From NCBI GenBank assembly GCA_963807635.1, contig CAWEDJ010000027.1, forward strand, positions 1-25,771: DNA of 25,771 bases, given 5' to 3'. Position 1 is the first letter of the stretch. Each line of letters opens with the position of its first letter. A program made the position numbers and the translations under genes. Origin of the DNA: an uncultured cyanobacterium (GTDB lineage Bacteria > Cyanobacteriota > Cyanobacteriia > Cyanobacteriales > Microcystaceae). The notes beneath the pieces are model-generated. The model saw only the letters and a program-made list of their open reading frames with translations, made no database searches and was not told the DNA's origin. Below are positions 21,673 to 25,771 of this stretch, piece by piece.

Positions 21673-22795
21673 TCATTTCATCTCACTATCATTGCGGCTG
21701 GCGTAACGGAGATAATTTTCGATAAAGTTATTCAGATCCCCGTCCATGACCCCACTTACGTCCGTAGTTTCCACATTGGTTCTGAGGTCTTTCACCATTT
21801 GGTAGGGATGAAACACATAATTGCGAATTTGTTTCCCCCAGGCGGCATCAACCATGTCTCCCCGTATTTCCGCGATCGCGTTGGCGCGTTGTTCTTGGAG
21901 AATGATCAGTAATTTTGCCTTGAGAATAACGAGGGCTTTCTCTTTATTTTGTAATTGGGAACGTTCCTGGGTACAGCGTACCGCAATCCCCGTCGGTAGA
22001 TGGACAATCCGCACAGCAGTTTCTACCTTATTAACATTTTGGCCGCCCTTGCCACCCGCCCTAGAAGTGGTAATTTCTAGTTCTTTGTCGGGAATATCCA
22101 GATTAATCGACTCATCTCCCAACATCGGCATGATTTCCACTCCTGCAAAACTGGTCTGACGCTTATCATTGGCATTAAAGGGAGAAATGCGGACTAAGCG
22201 GTGGGTTCCCTTTTCGCCCTTGAGATAACCGTAGGCATACTGACCGACCATTTCCAGAGTGACGGATTTAATGCCCGCCTCATCTCCCTCGGACAATTCG
22301 GCCAAATGCACTTTATAACCTTGTTTTTCACCCCATCGGGTGTACATCCGCAGTAACATTTCCGCCCAATCTTGAGCATCCGTTCCCCCCGCCCCTGCAT
22401 TAATGGTCAAAACCGCTCCATTGGCATCATAGGGGCCAGCCAGCAGTTGTTGCAGTTCCCAACGGTCTAATTCTTGTTGGAGGGTTTGGAGGGTTGTCTG
22501 AGCTTCATTGAAGAGGGCTTCATCGCTTTCCAGTTCCAAAAGCTCCACAATACTTTTAACGTCCTCTAGCTGACTACTCCATTGTTGAGATTGGGTCAGT
22601 TGGGATTTGAGGTCATTCAGTTCTTGTAGGGTTTTTTGGGCCTTTTCGGGACTATCCCAAAAATCAGGTTGGGCGGCGATTTGCTCTAAATCTTGAATTT
22701 GAGCGTTGATAGCAGGTAGGTCAAAGATAGTCCTGGGCTTTACCCAGGCGCGGACTGACTTGCTCTATTTCCCGTTTAAGGTCACTGATTTCCAT
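21673..22795 (-). CDS. prfB: Peptide chain release factor 2 with programmed +1 frameshift
   Basis: ATG 22795 and 24 codons lead to CTT TGA C (22726-22720). The +1 frame DLPAINAQI... runs in frame into the 21673..22548 ORF, which has the SPF and GGQ motifs. Confidence 0.97.
22720..22735 (-). promoter_or_regulatory. prfB autoregulatory +1 ribosomal frameshift site
   Basis: The minus strand reads CAGGAC TAT CTT TGA C, the canonical slippery CTT-TGA-C with an upstream SD-like AGGA. Confidence 0.93.
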
Positions 22796-22881
22796 AGCTT
22801 TAGATTAATTTATTTTCTATTCTCTCATTTTTATTGCCTCAAGTTCTTTTTTCAAATTTTGAGTTCAGAGATACTTGCCTG

Positions 22882-22985
22882 GAACACGGATTGAATGGAT
22901 TACCTTGATTTCACAGATTTTTAGCATTAAGCTGTCATAAAAAATAAAATCCGTGTCATCCCTTAATCCAGCTTAATCCGTGTTC
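22882..22985. repeat. About 104-bp imperfect inverted-repeat element between murE and prfB
   Basis: The left arm GAACACGGATTGAATGGATTACCTTGATTTCACAGATTTT matches the reverse complement of the right arm, GAACACGGATTAAGCTGGATTAAGGGATGACACGGATTTT. Confidence 0.75.
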
Positions 22986-23005
22986 TAAGCCGATTGAATT
23001 GACTT

Positions 23006-24499
23006 TTAACTTAAACGCAGAATTAGAGCTTCTCTAGCTTGTTCTCGGTCATCAAAATGGATTTTTTCCGTTCCTAAAATTTGGTAATCTTCACTGCCCT
23101 TACCCGCGATTAACACTCCATCTCCCGATTGAGCTTCTCGAATGGCATGACGAATAGCCGTTGCGCGATCGCCGATGACGATAGGTTCTACGATCGCAGG
23201 AATTCCCGCCACCACATCCGCCAAGATTTGCTCAGGATCTTCGGTACGGGGATTATCAGAAGTCACGACGGCAATATCGGCTAACTCGGCCGCAATTTTA
23301 CCCATGAGGGGCCGCTTAGTGCGATCGCGATCGCCACCACAACCAAAGACACAGATCATTTTGCCCTGAATAAAGGGCCGCGCCGCCTTGAGTAAATTTT
23401 CTAAACTATCGGGGGTATGGGCATAATCTACAATCACACTAATATCCTGTTCGGGTTTGATGTGTACCCGTTCCATCCGTCCAGGCACTCCCGCAAAGAA
23501 GGGCAGAACCTCGATCATTCTATCGAGATCTAAGCCTAACTCTAGCCCTGTGGCGATCGCGGCTAACAAATTGGCTAAATTAAATTGACCGACCAAAGGA
23601 GAACGGAAAGCCACTTCTCCAACGGGAGTCACCAAAATTCCGCTCACACCAGTGGGTTCATAGGTTAAATCACGGGTATAAAAATCCGCCGTTTGATCCT
23701 CCACACTATACGACCAGACCGCATCTTTACTTAAGCCTGTGATTAGGCGTTGTCCGTAGGGATCATCCTGATTAACCACCGCACGACCTTTTAGATATTG
23801 AGCATCAAAGAGTAACGCCTTGGCCGCAAAATAATTCTCCATTGTTTCATGGAAATCTAGGTGATCCTGGGTCAGATTAGTAAAAACGGCGACCTTAAAA
23901 TGACATTGTTTAACTCGTCCCTGGGCTAGAGCATGGGAACTCACTTCCATCACCCCATATTGATTCCCCGCTTTCACCGCTTCTGCCAATTGTTCCTGTA
24001 ATTCCGCCGCAAAAGGGGTTGTATGAACGGCTGTTTTTTGAAAACCTTGCCAGCGAGTATAAAGCGTTCCTAAAATCGCCGTTGGATGACCGAATTCTGT
24101 TAAAAAATACTCGATTAAATGGGTTGTAGTGGTCTTTCCATTGGTTCCCGTCACTCCAATCATGGTTAAATTTTGGGTCGGTTGGCCATAAAAAGCGGCG
24201 GCAATTTCAGCGCAAGCCGTTACCATGTCCTCGACAGCAATGACACAAACTTCAGAACTAGCGGGATAGTTGGCCAATGCCTGGGGACTTACTAATGCCG
24301 CGATCGCGCCCGACTCCATCGCACTGGTGCAAAATTCTCCACCATCCACACGAGTCCCAGGCATCCCCAGAAAAAGCGAACCCGCCCCGCAAGCATGGGA
24401 ATTAGTTACAATACTGTTGATTTCTTGATCAAGGACGGGGTGATCGGGTAGGGATTGTATGGCCGAGACCTGGGTTAATAGTTCACGTAAAGTCATCAT
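23006..24499 (-). CDS. murE: UDP-N-acetylmuramoyl-L-alanyl-D-glutamate--2,6-diaminopimelate ligase
   Basis: Motifs GVTGTNGKTT, MEVSSH, TNLTQDHLDFH, VDYAHTPD, FGCGGDRD and DNPR (DAP specificity). Confidence 0.97.
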   Translation of the reverse strand: MMTLRELLTQVSAIQSLPDHPVLDQEINSIVTNSHACGAGSLFLGMPGTRVDGGEFCTSAMESGAIAALVSPQALANYPASSEVCVIAVEDMVTACAEIAAAFYGQPTQNLTMIGVTGTNGKTTTTHLIEYFLTEFGHPTAILGTLYTRWQGFQKTAVHTTPFAAELQEQLAEAVKAGNQYGVMEVSSHALAQGRVKQCHFKVAVFTNLTQDHLDFHETMENYFAAKALLFDAQYLKGRAVVNQDDPYGQRLITGLSKDAVWSYSVEDQTADFYTRDLTYEPTGVSGILVTPVGEVAFRSPLVGQFNLANLLAAIATGLELGLDLDRMIEVLPFFAGVPGRMERVHIKPEQDISVIVDYAHTPDSLENLLKAARPFIQGKMICVFGCGGDRDRTKRPLMGKIAAELADIAVVTSDNPRTEDPEQILADVVAGIPAIVEPIVIGDRATAIRHAIREAQSGDGVLIAGKGSEDYQILGTEKIHFDDREQAREALILRLS

Positions 24500-25501
24500 G
24501 ATTAATCTGGGAGCGGGTTTTTGCCGTTTATGAATACTAAGGAAACCATTAAGTTCCGTCTCCTTTGCAAAATAGTCTAAACCGTCACTGTTCTGTTTGA
24601 TCTATCTTTCTCTATAAAAATGATCTATACAAAAGATTAGCGATCGCCCTGATATCCCTTTCGGTTCGGCCCAAACTTGCAACTTCGATGATGATTTGTC
24701 TAACACTCCGACCCCACAATAGCGACAGACCTTTTTTCGGTCACAGAGCTAAAGCTTCATACTTTTTAATCTATAAACCTTTTCTGTCTTTAAACTGAGT
24801 TACAGAGAGAAACAAGATTCAGTACAATCACTGACTTCAATGCTCAGGAAATAACAAAATGTTCCCTGATGTAGTAGAAAATTGATGCAAAGACTAAGTT
24901 TCATGAAGTTGAGCATTGAATTGATATTCCTGGGTATCAAATATCAGTGCAAAAAAGATTATTTTTCTGAAGTTTTGTTCGCCAAAAAATACAACGTTTT
25001 GTAACAGATTAAGCCATAAAATTCTAGTTTCGTGTAACCATCTAGGGTAAGTAAAGAAACACCACCTTAGGAACAAGTTAGATATTGAAAACCTATTTTG
25101 ATCTTAATTGCAAAATTGTATCTTAGGATATGGTTTTACAATTATTTCCTTCCCAATGGAGCGATCAACCGTTAATTTTCGACTGATGATTCCCTCTTCC
25201 AAGGTCTTTCAAAAAAGCTAAAATACCTAGTGGCGTTTCAACTTTACCTAAATTCACAACCAACCTGTCTTAAACGAATTTCCTTTCCCTCTCTCCTTTC
25301 TTAGCCACTATTCGATGACCCAAATATTCCTTATCAGTTTTTTTATCTAAGTATAATCACGAGATCTCCCAAGGCGGGAATAGGATATTTCCTGAGAACC
25401 ACAGAGGAATTGAGAAAAAGAATTTGTTTAGAATACGGATAGGTTAAAAAAAGATTGCTAAGTTTTATTTTAATTAACATTGTTTTGAGGATATTGAATC
25501 T

Positions 25502-25771
25502 ATGGTTTTGACCTCAATTGATTCGTCTATTATTAAGCCACAAGGGTTGATACAAGTAGAACACAGCCTGAGAAAAGTTCACCCGCGCAAGCACCACCAC
25601 TACCAAGTAGAAGATTTCTTTTGCTTCCAGATGGGAACAGGAACCATTGTGGACTGGAATAATTGTCGCAATGTTCTCACGAGTGAAGATTTTATTATTG
25701 GGTTAATTGAAGGATTACAGGAAGAAGTCGGCAATGCGTCCAGCGTTGTCATGTATAACATCGGTAAGGAA
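25502..25771 (+). CDS. V4R-domain protein (Slr0144-like), 3'-truncated by the window edge
   Basis: The frame is open from ATG 25502 to the end and reads ...EDFFCFQMGTGTIVDWNNCRNVLTSEDFIIGLIEGLQEEVGNASSVVMYNIGKE. This resembles the N-termini of cyanobacterial V4R proteins, recognised from memory. Confidence 0.7.
   Translation, partial: MVLTSIDSSIIKPQGLIQVEHSLRKVHPRKHHHYQVEDFFCFQMGTGTIVDWNNCRNVLTSEDFIIGLIEGLQEEVGNASSVVMYNIGKE

Larger units (their letters stand above)
2000..24647. repeat. HIP1 octamers (GCGATCGC), dispersed
   Basis: About 30 copies by manual count, e.g. at 2000, 2610, 4070, 6896, 8673, 9646, 11261, 16360, 20031, 23321 and 24640. This is a cyanobacterial hallmark. Confidence 0.92.

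Noticed and set aside
24600..24760. Minus-strand CRYCGVG peptide resembling an Fe-S motif
   Set aside because: There is no further similarity and no sound start or ORF, so it is probably chance.
25118..25131. NtcA-like site GTA-N8-TAT
   Set aside because: It mismatches GTA-N8-TAC in AT-rich DNA and has no supporting promoter.

Overview
Positions 1-802 look like a complete eukaryotic, ciliate-type macronuclear nanochromosome. C4A4 telomere repeats sit at 3-38, T4G4 repeats at 754-802, and between them lies one minus-strand histidine-phosphatase (phosphoglycerate mutase family) gene (RHGER...SPLLRTIQTA...ITHG) broken by several frame switches. From about 803 onward the DNA is cyanobacterial chromosome (about 30 HIP1 octamers; proteins resemble those of Synechocystis-like unicellular cyanobacteria). 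It carries a SagB-type nitroreductase, a Wzc/GumC protein, a FIST protein, CP12 (missed by the ORF track), a DUF3177-like protein, glmM, nnr, mtnP, a TolB-like lipoprotein, pilB-pilT-pilC, a GT4 glycosyltransferase, trpG/pabA, dgkA, ybeY, a DUF3285-like protein, prfB with its programmed +1 frameshift, murE and the start of a V4R-domain gene. Many single-base frameshifts in conserved genes indicate noisy long-read sequence. The ciliate-cyanobacterium join is therefore most likely a read or assembly chimera, although it is the most striking thing in the window and is easy to test.
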